Shown here: piece by piece, positions 29,928 through 39,165 of the stretch
Position numbering within the stretch: the first letter of the stretch is position 1
Layout of the letters: each line of letters starts with the position of its first letter
NCBI GenBank assembly: GCA_963739305.1
Contig: CAVTZU010000014.1
Location: 1 to 59,789 of the forward strand
Direction of reading: 5' to 3'
DNA: 59,789 nt
Source of the DNA: Candidatus Bathyarchaeota archaeon
GTDB lineage: Archaea > Thermoproteota > Bathyarchaeia > Bathyarchaeales > Bathycorpusculaceae
Position numbers and translations under genes: made by a program
The notes under the pieces: generated by a model
What the model was told of the DNA's origin: nothing
The model's database searches: none
Seen by the model: the letters and a program-made list of their open reading frames with translations, nothing else

Positions 29928-30521
29928 TTGAGCAAAAAACTTCTCAGTCTCGAAGAACGTAAAGCCGAAGTTTTGATCAAGCTTAGAGGATACAAGCTCA
30001 TAAAAAAGCAGAAACACGAAGACGCGGTCGGCTACATCATCGAGATTCCAAAAGAAAAACAAAAAGTCTTGGTGTGGTGCGTCCCCGGAGAGACGACCGT
30101 TGGCATAAACAGCATAAACCGCCTCAGCAAAGCCATGAAAGACGCTGACCTCGAGAGAGGAATAATGGTCACCGACGGAAGGTACACTCACGCCGTCAAA
30201 CAAGGCGCTAAGAAGAAGAAAATAGAGCTCTTGCCCAAGACTTTTCCAGCTTTCGACATCTTCCAGCACAAGCTCGTTCCAAAACAGGAAATACTGACCG
30301 ACGAAGAAAGAAACGAGTTGCTCACTAAGTTTAGGGTTCAGCCGTACCAGCTGCCCCAGATCAGCTCTGTCGACCCAACGGTGAAAGCAATAGGAGCCAA
30401 ACCCGGAGACGTGCTGAGAGTCATTAGAAGAAGCCCAACAGCAGGCGAGCACATAGCTTTCAGATATGTAAAAAGCCCGACAGCAGGCGAGCACATAGCT
30501 TATAGATACGTCGTAGAATAG
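29928..30521 (+). CDS. rpoH: RNA polymerase subunit Rpo5/RpoH with extra N-terminal restriction-endonuclease-fold-like domain
   Basis: C-terminal HKLVPKQEIL...QLPQI...DP...PGDVLRVIRRSPTAGEHIA.RYV; about 105 extra N-terminal residues. Confidence 0.9.
   Translation: MSKKLLSLEERKAEVLIKLRGYKLIKKQKHEDAVGYIIEIPKEKQKVLVWCVPGETTVGINSINRLSKAMKDADLERGIMVTDGRYTHAVKQGAKKKKIELLPKTFPAFDIFQHKLVPKQEILTDEERNELLTKFRVQPYQLPQISSVDPTVKAIGAKPGDVLRVIRRSPTAGEHIAFRYVKSPTAGEHIAYRYVVE
30431..30511 (+). repeat. 42-bp-period tandem duplication at the rpoH 3' end
   Basis: 30431-30469 vs 30473-30511, 35/39 identical. Confidence 0.9.
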
Positions 30522-30532
30522 TCGCCGACACA

Positions 30533-30826
30533 CTAATCCACGTGTGTCGTCGCTTCGAAGATCGTTCTCAGAAAAACTTCAGCGTCTTTTTCTATTCTGT
30601 AGCGAATAGAAAGTTGTCCTGCCTCATTCAATGACGGAACTTTCTGAACGATCTTTGCCTTCAAGAGCACTCTCAAGTGCTTCTCGATAGTTGACCTGTG
30701 TCGGTTGAGTTTTCTGGCGATTTCGCCGGGGTTAGAGATTCCTTTTCTGATGCAATCCAGAATTTGAAGCCGCGATTTGTCTGCGAAAGCCTTCAGAAGC
30801 CTCTCGGTTCTCTCAAAATCGCTCAT
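30533..30826 (-). CDS. ArsR-family wHTH regulator
   Basis: LKAFADKSRLQIL...EIARKLNRHRSTIEKHLRVL. Confidence 0.8.
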   Translation of the reverse strand: MSDFERTERLLKAFADKSRLQILDCIRKGISNPGEIARKLNRHRSTIEKHLRVLLKAKIVQKVPSLNEAGQLSIRYRIEKDAEVFLRTIFEATTHVD

Positions 30827-30963
30827 GACCGACCCTTTTTTCTGTAGACTCAGTGTATTGCTATCCAGCAAATAAATTTGCTCGTTGGCGAACAAAGTCA
30901 CCGCGCAAGTTGGAAACGATTATCTGAGCCTAGAATGAAAAGGAAATGGAGATATGATAAGTC

Positions 30964-31989
30964 ATGTATCATCCAACAGTCAAGGGCTCATACTACGACA
31001 TGGGCTTTAAGTACGGAACGGTCCTGAACGAACACGGTTTCAAATTGGAAAACCAATCGAAAGAGAAGCTGGATTTCGGCTCAGAATCTGAGCCCGAAGT
31101 TAAGCGTGTCTTTCCGGAGATCCTAGAGGAGATCAAGGGATTTGCAGACGCTTGTCACAAACCCTTCGAGCAGGCAGCTGCTTTCATGTTTGGCATCGGC
31201 GCATTCAAAGTCGAGCATGGCTGCAGTGTATTCGCGTCATTCAACGGTTCAGATGTTATATTTGGAAGAAACTATGATTTCTTCTACAGTTTCAAGAAAA
31301 TCACTGAAAGTTATCTAGCGTGTCCTGAAAAGGGTTATAGCAGCCTGGGACAAACAGACGTTTTCATTGGTCGCGAGGACGGTGTAAACGAGAAAGGGTT
31401 AGCCATAGCAATGACGGGAGTCAGTTCCTTAGGCAACCACCCAGGCATAAGCTTCTGTCTTGCAGTCAGAGGCGTCCTCGATAAGTGTGCCAGCGTCGAA
31501 GAAGGGGTCCGACTTCTGGGAAACGCTCAGCACGTCTCGACTTTCAACTATCTTCTCGCGGACAGACAAGGGAACATGGCCGTGGTCGAAGCATCACCTA
31601 GCAGAGTGCGAATACGAACTCCACGGAAAGGTCAGAATTTCATCCTGTGCACGAACCACTTTGTTCATACAGAGATGCAAGACATGGAAGATCCCAACGC
31701 CAGAGAAACGACGGAATGGGATTCGTTGCCAAGATACGCGAGCATCTCCCGCATTCTGGAAGAAAACAAAGGCACTGTGAACATCAAGCTCGCGGAAAGG
31801 ATCCTCTCTAACCACGAAGGGTACGTATGCTCTCACCAGCAGAGGATAAAACTGGGAACGATATGGTCAGTCATCGCCACTTTGAAGGACCTTCAAATCC
31901 TGAGAGCTGAGGGACACCCGTGCAAAACAAGTTACAAACGCGACTCACGACTAAATAAAATCATCAGGGAAAGAAGAGCGCCGCTGTAA
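30964..31989 (+). CDS. C45-family Ntn-hydrolase (autoproteolytic acyltransferase/peptidase)
   Basis: GCS autocleavage site, GRNYDF, DGVNEKGL, TNHF. Confidence 0.85.
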   Translation: MYHPTVKGSYYDMGFKYGTVLNEHGFKLENQSKEKLDFGSESEPEVKRVFPEILEEIKGFADACHKPFEQAAAFMFGIGAFKVEHGCSVFASFNGSDVIFGRNYDFFYSFKKITESYLACPEKGYSSLGQTDVFIGREDGVNEKGLAIAMTGVSSLGNHPGISFCLAVRGVLDKCASVEEGVRLLGNAQHVSTFNYLLADRQGNMAVVEASPSRVRIRTPRKGQNFILCTNHFVHTEMQDMEDPNARETTEWDSLPRYASISRILEENKGTVNIKLAERILSNHEGYVCSHQQRIKLGTIWSVIATLKDLQILRAEGHPCKTSYKRDSRLNKIIRERRAPL

Positions 31990-31991
31990 AG

Positions 31992-32216
31992 TCATGGCTC
32001 CCCTGCGCTTTCAGCTTTCAACTCGAACAGAATCACCAAGGCTTCGCCTAAGGAAATACCAAGCCTCGCCGCCAATTCCTCTGCGCTCACGTCCTTTTTC
32101 TCAGGAAGAACAGAGTCTCTGGAGTAGGCTTTGTGTTGAGGGTACATGACTAGTTGATGAACGGTCTCAACAAGAGTTGTCCACAATTTGTCCTTGGTAT
32201 ACTCGTCGAAGTTCAT
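31992..32216 (-). CDS. Small hypothetical protein with HTH-like C-terminus
   Basis: SAEELAARLGISLGEALVIL. Confidence 0.6.
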   Translation of the reverse strand: MNFDEYTKDKLWTTLVETVHQLVMYPQHKAYSRDSVLPEKKDVSAEELAARLGISLGEALVILFELKAESAGEP

Positions 32217-32303
32217 GAGGGATCAAGTAGAATTAGTGTGAAGGTGAATATTCAATTTGCTTTTTGAAGCCTAGTTAACCGTTTGAGTGACCACCGAAGA
32301 CCA

Positions 32304-32834
32304 TCATCCCTGATGAACAATTGCATACAGGTAAGAGTCTCGCCACTTCCCCTTGGTCCATTTGTGTTCCCGGAGATGTCCTTCTCGTTTCATGCCCGCT
32401 TTCTCAAGAACTCGCGCAGATGCCAAGTTTGCGGGGTCGCAAGTGGCGAAAATCCTGTGAAGATTGAGCTCGCCGAAACCAAAATCTAGGAGTGCCCTCG
32501 CAGTCTCGGTCGCGTACCCCTCATTCCAGAAAAGTTTGTTGAGACAGTACCCGATCCATCCCTCCCGGTTGTCGGGATTTGACACGTTTATTCCACAAGT
32601 GCCGATGAGCATCTGATTGGCGATAAGGGTTATCGCAAAGGTATAATGGAGGCGAGGTCTTTCATTTTGAGCATCAAGTGACCTTTTGATGAAGGCCTCG
32701 GTTTCTTCCTTGCTGTTGGGTCCCCAGTCCATGTATCGGACGACCTCAGGGTCTGAAGCGTATTCGAGAACAGCTTGCCAGTCGGTTTCTTTCAACTCTC
32801 GCAGCAGAATTCTCTGCGTCTTAACAGTCACCAT
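32304..32834 (-). CDS. RimJ/RimL-type GNAT acetyltransferase
   Basis: TQRILLRE, IGY..WNEGYATE, NLASARVLEKAGMKREG. Confidence 0.9.
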   Translation of the reverse strand: MVTVKTQRILLRELKETDWQAVLEYASDPEVVRYMDWGPNSKEETEAFIKRSLDAQNERPRLHYTFAITLIANQMLIGTCGINVSNPDNREGWIGYCLNKLFWNEGYATETARALLDFGFGELNLHRIFATCDPANLASARVLEKAGMKREGHLREHKWTKGKWRDSYLYAIVHQG

Positions 32835-33002
32835 GGGCTCGCCTCATGCTATTTGTCCTTCATGATTCGTTTTAAGCTTGTCTCAAACGACGTTTCATCT
32901 TCACTCGAGTCCACAGTTGTAGCATTTGTCTTCACCGCAAAGTATATTTCTTCTTGAGCGTGAGTACTCGCTTCCAAACGTTTCACGCAAAGGTGTGAAT
33001 GG

Positions 33003-33725
33003 ATGCCTGTTAAGGCTGTTGTGTTCGATCTAGACGGCACGATCGCCAGTTTCAACCTTGATTACATGACTGTGAGAGCAGAGGTCAGAGCCTACCTTGT
33101 TCGGAGAGGCATTCCCGCGTCTGTGCTGGCGACAAACGAAAGCATTTTCGACATGCTAAAAAAAGCCGAGATTTTCTTCAAAAACAACGGCAAATCTGGA
33201 AGAACCTTCAATAAAGTCCGAAAAGAGGCCTCAGGCATAGCTGAAAAATATGAGTTGGAAGCCGCCAAGACGACTGGACTTCTTCCCGGTGTACCTGAAG
33301 CACTGGAAACACTGAAAAAGATGCATCTGAAGATCGGATTGTGCACGATAAACAGCGACAAATCCACAAACTACATTCTGAAACGATTCGGCATATCGAA
33401 ATTCTTCGACGCAGTCACGCCTCGAAACAAGGTGAAGTTTGTCAAACCGAACACCGAGCACCTTGAAGCAACCCTCAAAACCCTGCACGTCCGCCCAAAA
33501 CAGGCTATTCTTGTTGGAGACGGAACCCGCGACATGCGATGCGCCAGAGAATTAAACGTAATAGCCGTGGGATTGCCAACAGGAATCAACTCGGAGAAAG
33601 ACTTGATTGATTCGGGCGCGAACTTCTTCATCAGTTCAATCGCTGACTTGCCCAGACTTGTGAAAACGATCAACAGGCGCCCTAGTAACAGAAAGATTGC
33701 GACGAAAAAACAGAACAACGTCTAG
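33003..33725 (+). CDS. HAD-family hydrolase (phosphoglycolate phosphatase-like)
   Basis: FDLDGT, KP, VGDGTRD. Confidence 0.9.
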   Translation: MPVKAVVFDLDGTIASFNLDYMTVRAEVRAYLVRRGIPASVLATNESIFDMLKKAEIFFKNNGKSGRTFNKVRKEASGIAEKYELEAAKTTGLLPGVPEALETLKKMHLKIGLCTINSDKSTNYILKRFGISKFFDAVTPRNKVKFVKPNTEHLEATLKTLHVRPKQAILVGDGTRDMRCARELNVIAVGLPTGINSEKDLIDSGANFFISSIADLPRLVKTINRRPSNRKIATKKQNNV

Positions 33726-33841
33726 AAGCTTGCAGCACCTTTTCTCTTGTGAAAATCGTACCATTTCCAGATTTCTTCAACGGTCTTATCAGAATATCCA
33801 ATTTGCTTCAGCAGCGATTTCAGCGAGGAAGGAGCAGCCAT
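33722..33841 (-). CDS. Small hypothetical protein (39 aa)
   Basis: MAAPSSLKSLLKQIGYSDKTVEEIWKWYDF...; start uncertain. Confidence 0.4.
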   Translation of the reverse strand: MAAPSSLKSLLKQIGYSDKTVEEIWKWYDFHKRKGAASF

Positions 33842-34053
33842 CTTTCGGTCGCCAATCTTCGTCTCAAAAAACTCTGTTCCCAAAGAAAATAAGTATTCTG
33901 TATCCAGAATTCTGTTTTGTAGACGCGTACGACAAGTATACACTCCAGCGTTTTCTCCCTCATATGGTGCGAGCAAAGAATTCAGGTTCATGCAAACATC
34001 GTTCACATGATTTGCCTAGACTTTCTTGCAGAATCAAAAGGTTAAGAGAAAAA

Positions 34054-34455
34054 TCAAAGAGGCTTGAAGTAGTATCTTGGCCATTGTGGCCACGACTGCG
34101 TAGCTTCGCAGGTCCCAAAGTCCATCGCTAAATCCATGCCGACTTTCACCTGTTCCAATGACACATCACGTATCATGCCCGGCATCTTCATGCCGTTTTC
34201 AAGTTGAACGATGCCCATCGCGTACGGAGCCATCGATTGGAATTGAACGGGAGCAATGTGAATAATGGTGTAGGTCAACAGTTTTCCTTTTGTAGGCATA
34301 GTTGTCCAATCGAAATCTTTGGAGTAGCAGCTGTCGCACACAGGCCTCGGCGGCAAGTGTATTTTTCCGCACTTCACGCATTTTCCTGCGAGCAGTTTCC
34401 CTTGGCTGATGTTCTTGTAGAACTGCTCTATCGTGAACGGCGCTTTCTCACTCAT
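34054..34455 (-). CDS. DUF35 Zn-ribbon/OB-fold protein
   Basis: KCVKCG...PPRPVCDSC, GKLLTYT. Confidence 0.9.
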   Translation of the reverse strand: MSEKAPFTIEQFYKNISQGKLLAGKCVKCGKIHLPPRPVCDSCYSKDFDWTTMPTKGKLLTYTIIHIAPVQFQSMAPYAMGIVQLENGMKMPGMIRDVSLEQVKVGMDLAMDFGTCEATQSWPQWPRYYFKPL

Positions 34456-34458
34456 TTC

Positions 34459-35631
34459 TCATGCCCTCCTGTAGATATGAACGGTCGCAGTTGCTCCTGA
34501 ACCGCCGACGTTGTGCGTTAATCCAACCTCGGCGTCCTTCACTTGTCTCTTTCCCGCACGACCTGTAAGCTGCAGATAGACCTCGTAGGCTTGACCGGTG
34601 CCCGTTGCCCCGACTGGATGTCCCTTGGCCTTCAGGCCTCCGCTCGTGTTAACCGGAATTCGCCCTCCAAGCTTGGTCTCGCAGTTCTCGGCTAGTTTTC
34701 CGCCTTCTCCAGGGTTGCAGAACCCCAAGTCCTCGTAAGCGATTATTTCAGCGATCGTGAAGCAGTCGTGGACCTCGGCGACGTCGATGTCTTCTGGCTT
34801 CACTTCTGCCATTTCATAAGCTTGTTTAGCAGCAACCTTTGCAGCTTGCAGCGAAGTGAGGCTTTCTCTCTCGTAAAGACCAATCGTGTCGCTTGCTTGT
34901 CCACTTCCAACAATATGAACCGGCGTGTCGGTGTATTTCTTGGCTAGCTCAGGCGTCGTGAGAATCAGGCAGCTCGCGCCGTCAGTTATCAACGAACAAT
35001 CGTACAGTTTGAGTGGCCAAGCGACTACCCGGCTCGATAATGCCGTTTCAAGCGTGATCTCCTTCTGCATCTGAGCCTTCGGGTTCAAGCTTCCATGAAA
35101 ATGGTTCTTAACCGCAACCATCGCGAGCTGGCGCTCGGTTGTACCATAATCGTGCATGTGTGCAGTTGCCATCAAAGCATACAATCCCGGAAACGTGATG
35201 CCATTCCACTGCTCAAAAGGAAAGTCAGATGCCATGGCAAGATACTCGGTAACGTCGGGTGTTGCTCGATGGGTCATTTTTTCGGCGCCGCCGACCATAA
35301 CCACGTCGCTCAAACCTGAACGCACGGCGCAGATTGCAGCCCTTAATGCGGCGCCCGAAGAAGCACAGGCAGCTTCCGTTCGTGTGGCCGCAACGTTTCC
35401 CAGGCCGACCCAGTCGGCCATTGTGGCACCCGTATGCCCTTGATGCTCATATGACTCACCCATGTGTCCAACGAATAAGGCGCGAATGTCTTTTTTCGGG
35501 TCTAGTTTCGGGCAATTGTCAAAAGCTTCCTTTGCAGCGTCCGCGAAGATCTCCCGGGCATAAAGCCCCTCAAGTTTTCCAAACTTTGACAAGCCCGCGG
35601 ACACTATCGAAACCAGTGGCTTCCCATTCAA
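34459..35631 (-). CDS. Thiolase (SCP2-type acetyl-CoA acetyltransferase)
   Basis: EAACASS, EVHDCF and GHPVGATG catalytic motifs intact. Confidence 0.9.
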   Translation of the reverse strand: MNGKPLVSIVSAGLSKFGKLEGLYAREIFADAAKEAFDNCPKLDPKKDIRALFVGHMGESYEHQGHTGATMADWVGLGNVAATRTEAACASSGAALRAAICAVRSGLSDVVMVGGAEKMTHRATPDVTEYLAMASDFPFEQWNGITFPGLYALMATAHMHDYGTTERQLAMVAVKNHFHGSLNPKAQMQKEITLETALSSRVVAWPLKLYDCSLITDGASCLILTTPELAKKYTDTPVHIVGSGQASDTIGLYERESLTSLQAAKVAAKQAYEMAEVKPEDIDVAEVHDCFTIAEIIAYEDLGFCNPGEGGKLAENCETKLGGRIPVNTSGGLKAKGHPVGATGTGQAYEVYLQLTGRAGKRQVKDAEVGLTHNVGGSGATATVHIYRRA

Positions 35632-35774
35632 GTGGATTTCTCTCCTAATCCAGAAAAAGAAAGTGTCGTTGGTCGAGTATTTAAGTTTCGTTTAAGAGTC
35701 CGTGAAGAAAAGATGAACAAAAAAGAGGGAATTGCAGTTGGCAAAGGGCGAGGATTTTCCTAAATTAGGTTTCC

Positions 35775-36458
35775 TCACTTCCCAAACGTCTTTTTCACCC
35801 AAGCCCGGGTCTGATCCATGTCTTGCCTGAAGCGCTTCAACTCTTCGGGAGTTCGTTTCGGCGGCACAGGTTCTTCCGCAGGCGTTGCGTAAACGTCTAG
35901 TAGGTCGCCTTTAGGCTGCTTCGTTATGTTTATGTTGACCTTTAGGCCTATGTTCACTTTTTCCGGGTCAACGTCTCTCATTGTCATCGGCAAGCAAGTG
36001 TTTGTTCCATTGATTCTGATCATTGCTCCGACTAGTGGTTGAAGATGCGCCATTGAAGGCCATGCGATGACCATTATCGTGTAAGAGTGGACTTCTCCTT
36101 TCTTTGGAAGGTCAACCCATTCGGTTTCCTCAAGTCGGCAATCGGGGTTGAAGCAATGTGCGCGTGGTGGGCAATATACTAGGCCACACTTGGGACACTT
36201 GGTGCCGCGGAGTTTTCCTTCGAGAAGGCCTATGAAGAATTCTGACGTTTTGCCGTAGCTGTGGTGGAACATGCTTCCGTGGGGTCTGTGCACGATTAGG
36301 AATGTGTCGGGTTTCAGTTCGTTCAGCGTAGGGCCGTCGTTCATCTCAACGATTTTCCAGCCTTCAGGTCTCCATCCGCCTTTGCGTTCCCAATCTTCCC
36401 ACCATTTTTCGTCGTACGATAGTTGTTTCTTCATTCTTTCTGGTCCTGGTTGCTTCAT
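35775..36458 (-). CDS. Extended DUF35 Zn-ribbon/OB-fold protein
   Basis: KCPKCG...PPRAHC...C, GEVHSYT. Confidence 0.85.
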   Translation of the reverse strand: MKQPGPERMKKQLSYDEKWWEDWERKGGWRPEGWKIVEMNDGPTLNELKPDTFLIVHRPHGSMFHHSYGKTSEFFIGLLEGKLRGTKCPKCGLVYCPPRAHCFNPDCRLEETEWVDLPKKGEVHSYTIMVIAWPSMAHLQPLVGAMIRINGTNTCLPMTMRDVDPEKVNIGLKVNINITKQPKGDLLDVYATPAEEPVPPKRTPEELKRFRQDMDQTRAWVKKTFGK

Positions 36459-36462
36459 TTTT

Positions 36463-37755
36463 TTACACCTCCAAGACGACGGCTCCGGCTTGACATCCCG
36501 TGCCCCCGTGTCCGTGAATGAATGCTTTCTTTGGTTTACTGAGCTGTCTGCCTGGTGCCCCCCACTTCTTTCCGATCTGGTTGCTGAGTTGCCAGTAGCT
36601 GTCTACAACTTGAGCGATGGAAGTTGATCCAACTGCGTGCCCCTGAGCGGTCAGTGCTCCGCTTAGTTGGCATGGGAGTTCTCCGTTTCTAGAGATCACT
36701 CCGTCTCTGACCATTTTCTTGCCGTCGCCTCTCTTGCAGAAGTCAAAGTCTTCAAGCCCCGCTAGAATGACGCCTGCGTAGGGGTCGAAGATTTCGACGA
36801 AATCGATCTCTTTTCGCGGGTTCTTGATCCCGGCGTCCTTGTAGGCCATTCTTGCAGAAACTCGCAATGAACCAAAGTTCAGCAGATCAGGGTAAGGTGA
36901 CATTGGTTTTGGCACGTTTCTAGGCCATATCTTCTCGTCTTCTGGATACACACCTTTCCATGCTGGGTTGTCTGGTCGGTCTCCCGCTCTCATTGTATCC
37001 GATCCAAAGCCCACGCCGCTTATCCAAATAGGGTTGTCTGTCAGTTTCTTCGTCATTTCCTCGTTTGCGATTAGCAGGGCTGACGCTCCTTCGCTTGTCA
37101 TTGCACACTCATAAAGCCTGTATGGCCATGAGATCAACCGAGATTTGTAGACCTCTTCGACGGTTATTTTGCCGAACCCATGTTGCGCTGGCCACTGAGC
37201 ATAAGGGTTTTCGAGTGAGTTGTTGTGGTTCATCGCCGCAATTTCAGCCAAGTCTTCCTCGGTATCTCCATACACGTGCATGCGTCTGGCCTCCATCGTG
37301 GCGTAGAAGGCGTTGTACGTGAAGCCTGAAACGAAGTCCCAGTCCGTGTCTCCTGCTATAGCGATGGCTTCGTTGACTTTCTGAATGGGCAGTTCATTCA
37401 TCTTTTCCCATCCTACGACGAGCACAACGGGGAACATGCCTGACCGTACCCATAGCGCCGCGTTGACAATGGCATCGATTGGTGTTGCACCGCCTGATTC
37501 TACACGGTACGAAGGTACGCCTGACAAGCCCAGGTAGTCGTTGATTATCCAGTGCATGCACTGTTGCTGTTCAAGAATATCGCTGAAGTAGGAGTAGCAG
37601 CACGCGTACCCTTTTTTCAGAAAGTCTCTGAGTTCTAGTTCTGGAACATCATCGAGTATCATCTTGACCGCTTCTGCACACATTTCCTCTGCCAGTGTGT
37701 GTCTCGGGTTATCGAATCGTGAAATGCTTCCTGCGACAATTCCGACTTTCTTCAA
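36463..37755 (-). CDS. Thiolase-like protein lacking the catalytic Cys
   Basis: ESGGAT replaces EAACAS; EIFDPY replaces EVHDCF; GHAVG retained. Confidence 0.85.
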   Translation of the reverse strand: MKKVGIVAGSISRFDNPRHTLAEEMCAEAVKMILDDVPELELRDFLKKGYACCYSYFSDILEQQQCMHWIINDYLGLSGVPSYRVESGGATPIDAIVNAALWVRSGMFPVVLVVGWEKMNELPIQKVNEAIAIAGDTDWDFVSGFTYNAFYATMEARRMHVYGDTEEDLAEIAAMNHNNSLENPYAQWPAQHGFGKITVEEVYKSRLISWPYRLYECAMTSEGASALLIANEEMTKKLTDNPIWISGVGFGSDTMRAGDRPDNPAWKGVYPEDEKIWPRNVPKPMSPYPDLLNFGSLRVSARMAYKDAGIKNPRKEIDFVEIFDPYAGVILAGLEDFDFCKRGDGKKMVRDGVISRNGELPCQLSGALTAQGHAVGSTSIAQVVDSYWQLSNQIGKKWGAPGRQLSKPKKAFIHGHGGTGCQAGAVVLEV

Positions 37756-37894
37756 TTTTCCACCTCAAGTTTAAAAGTGATTGCTAGTGCATTCTTCTGA
37801 CTATAATATTCTTGTGGAGAACCATGAACCCAATTGATGATGCCGCATCATGGTATCGGATATCTTTTAATAATATCCTTTTCCACTTTAGAGC

Positions 37895-39007
37895 ATGCGC
37901 ATACTCAAACTCTCCTCGTCCGTGCCAAAGAACGACTATACAACTGAAGAGATGATAGACAGGTTTCCGTGTGAACTTCCTGAGGGCGTCAGACAGAACG
38001 TTCTGAACCTTGGCGTCTCAAAAAGATCATTCGTTCACGCTGCCCCTGGGAGTGAAAAGTCCGAGAACATTTTGGGCGAGACCGCCTTGGTTGACTTGTG
38101 TGTTGATGCATGCCAAAGTGCGCTCGGAAAAACAGGTGTCTCGTTAAGTGAAGTTGGATATTTCATCGCGACTTATGACGCCAATCCTATTCTTTCGCCA
38201 GGTCTAAGCCAACTTCTAGTAAGGAGAATCGGGTTTGATCCATACATCAAACACGTCAACGCCCAGGGAACCGCGAGCACAGCTTTTCCTAAAGCTCTGC
38301 AACTGGCAGAGGACCATTTGACAGCTCATCCAGGAGACAACGTCCTGATCTGCGTCTCTGGAGTGAGTTCGTACTGGTTCCAAAACCAAGTTCGTGGCTT
38401 GGAAAACGTTTTGGAAATGAGCCGAATCAACGAGATCAAAGAAAAAAGAGAACGGCAAAGAGAACTCAGAAAATGGATTGCGACGATGGAGTACTTTCTC
38501 TTTGGCGACGCCACAGTGGCGACAGTAGTGTCAAACAAGGGAACGGGCACAACTGTCAAGAAAACCGTCGAAGTCACGAACGTGGAAGAACAGGATTGCC
38601 TTGCCGGGTACACCAGACTTTCATCGTTTCCGAAGCCTTTCACTTTTGGTTTACATTCATATCTCGACAAGGATATCCCAAGCCTAGGGGTTAAGTACAC
38701 AGGTTTAGCTCTGAAGAAGCTGCTGGGAAACAAAACAGAAGAGACGATTGAAGCTTCGAAAAAGTGGGCAGTTCACACGGGCAGTCAAAAGATACTTAAC
38801 GCTTTAGCAGAACGTCACAAAGTTGATGTCGGCAAACTCAAGGAGTCCCACGACGTGCTTAGGGAACATGGCAACCTCTCCGGAGCTAGCTTGCCGTTCA
38901 TTCTTGAAAGAATACTCGCATCAAACAAGCTTTCGAGCGGGGACCTTATCCTGATGGTAGGTTATGGATGGGGTTTCTCCGCTGCAGCATCGCTCCTCAA
39001 AGCATAG
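37895..39007 (+). CDS. Type III PKS/FabH-like condensing-fold protein with Ser at the catalytic Cys position
   Basis: QGTAST, LFGDA, WAVHTGS, HGNLSGAS, GYGWGF. Confidence 0.8.
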   Translation: MRILKLSSSVPKNDYTTEEMIDRFPCELPEGVRQNVLNLGVSKRSFVHAAPGSEKSENILGETALVDLCVDACQSALGKTGVSLSEVGYFIATYDANPILSPGLSQLLVRRIGFDPYIKHVNAQGTASTAFPKALQLAEDHLTAHPGDNVLICVSGVSSYWFQNQVRGLENVLEMSRINEIKEKRERQRELRKWIATMEYFLFGDATVATVVSNKGTGTTVKKTVEVTNVEEQDCLAGYTRLSSFPKPFTFGLHSYLDKDIPSLGVKYTGLALKKLLGNKTEETIEASKKWAVHTGSQKILNALAERHKVDVGKLKESHDVLREHGNLSGASLPFILERILASNKLSSGDLILMVGYGWGFSAAASLLKA

Positions 39008-39165
39008 CGGCGTTTTCAACGTCAATCCAGACTGTGCTTAAATGGCGTGCACTCTGAAATGTTAGTTCTGGCAGGAGCAGACCGATAAGAAAATATCTAA
39101 TTAGACTGAATGATGATATGTTGCTGTAGTGCAACTAACATCTGTAGTATCGGCGTGAGAAAGGA

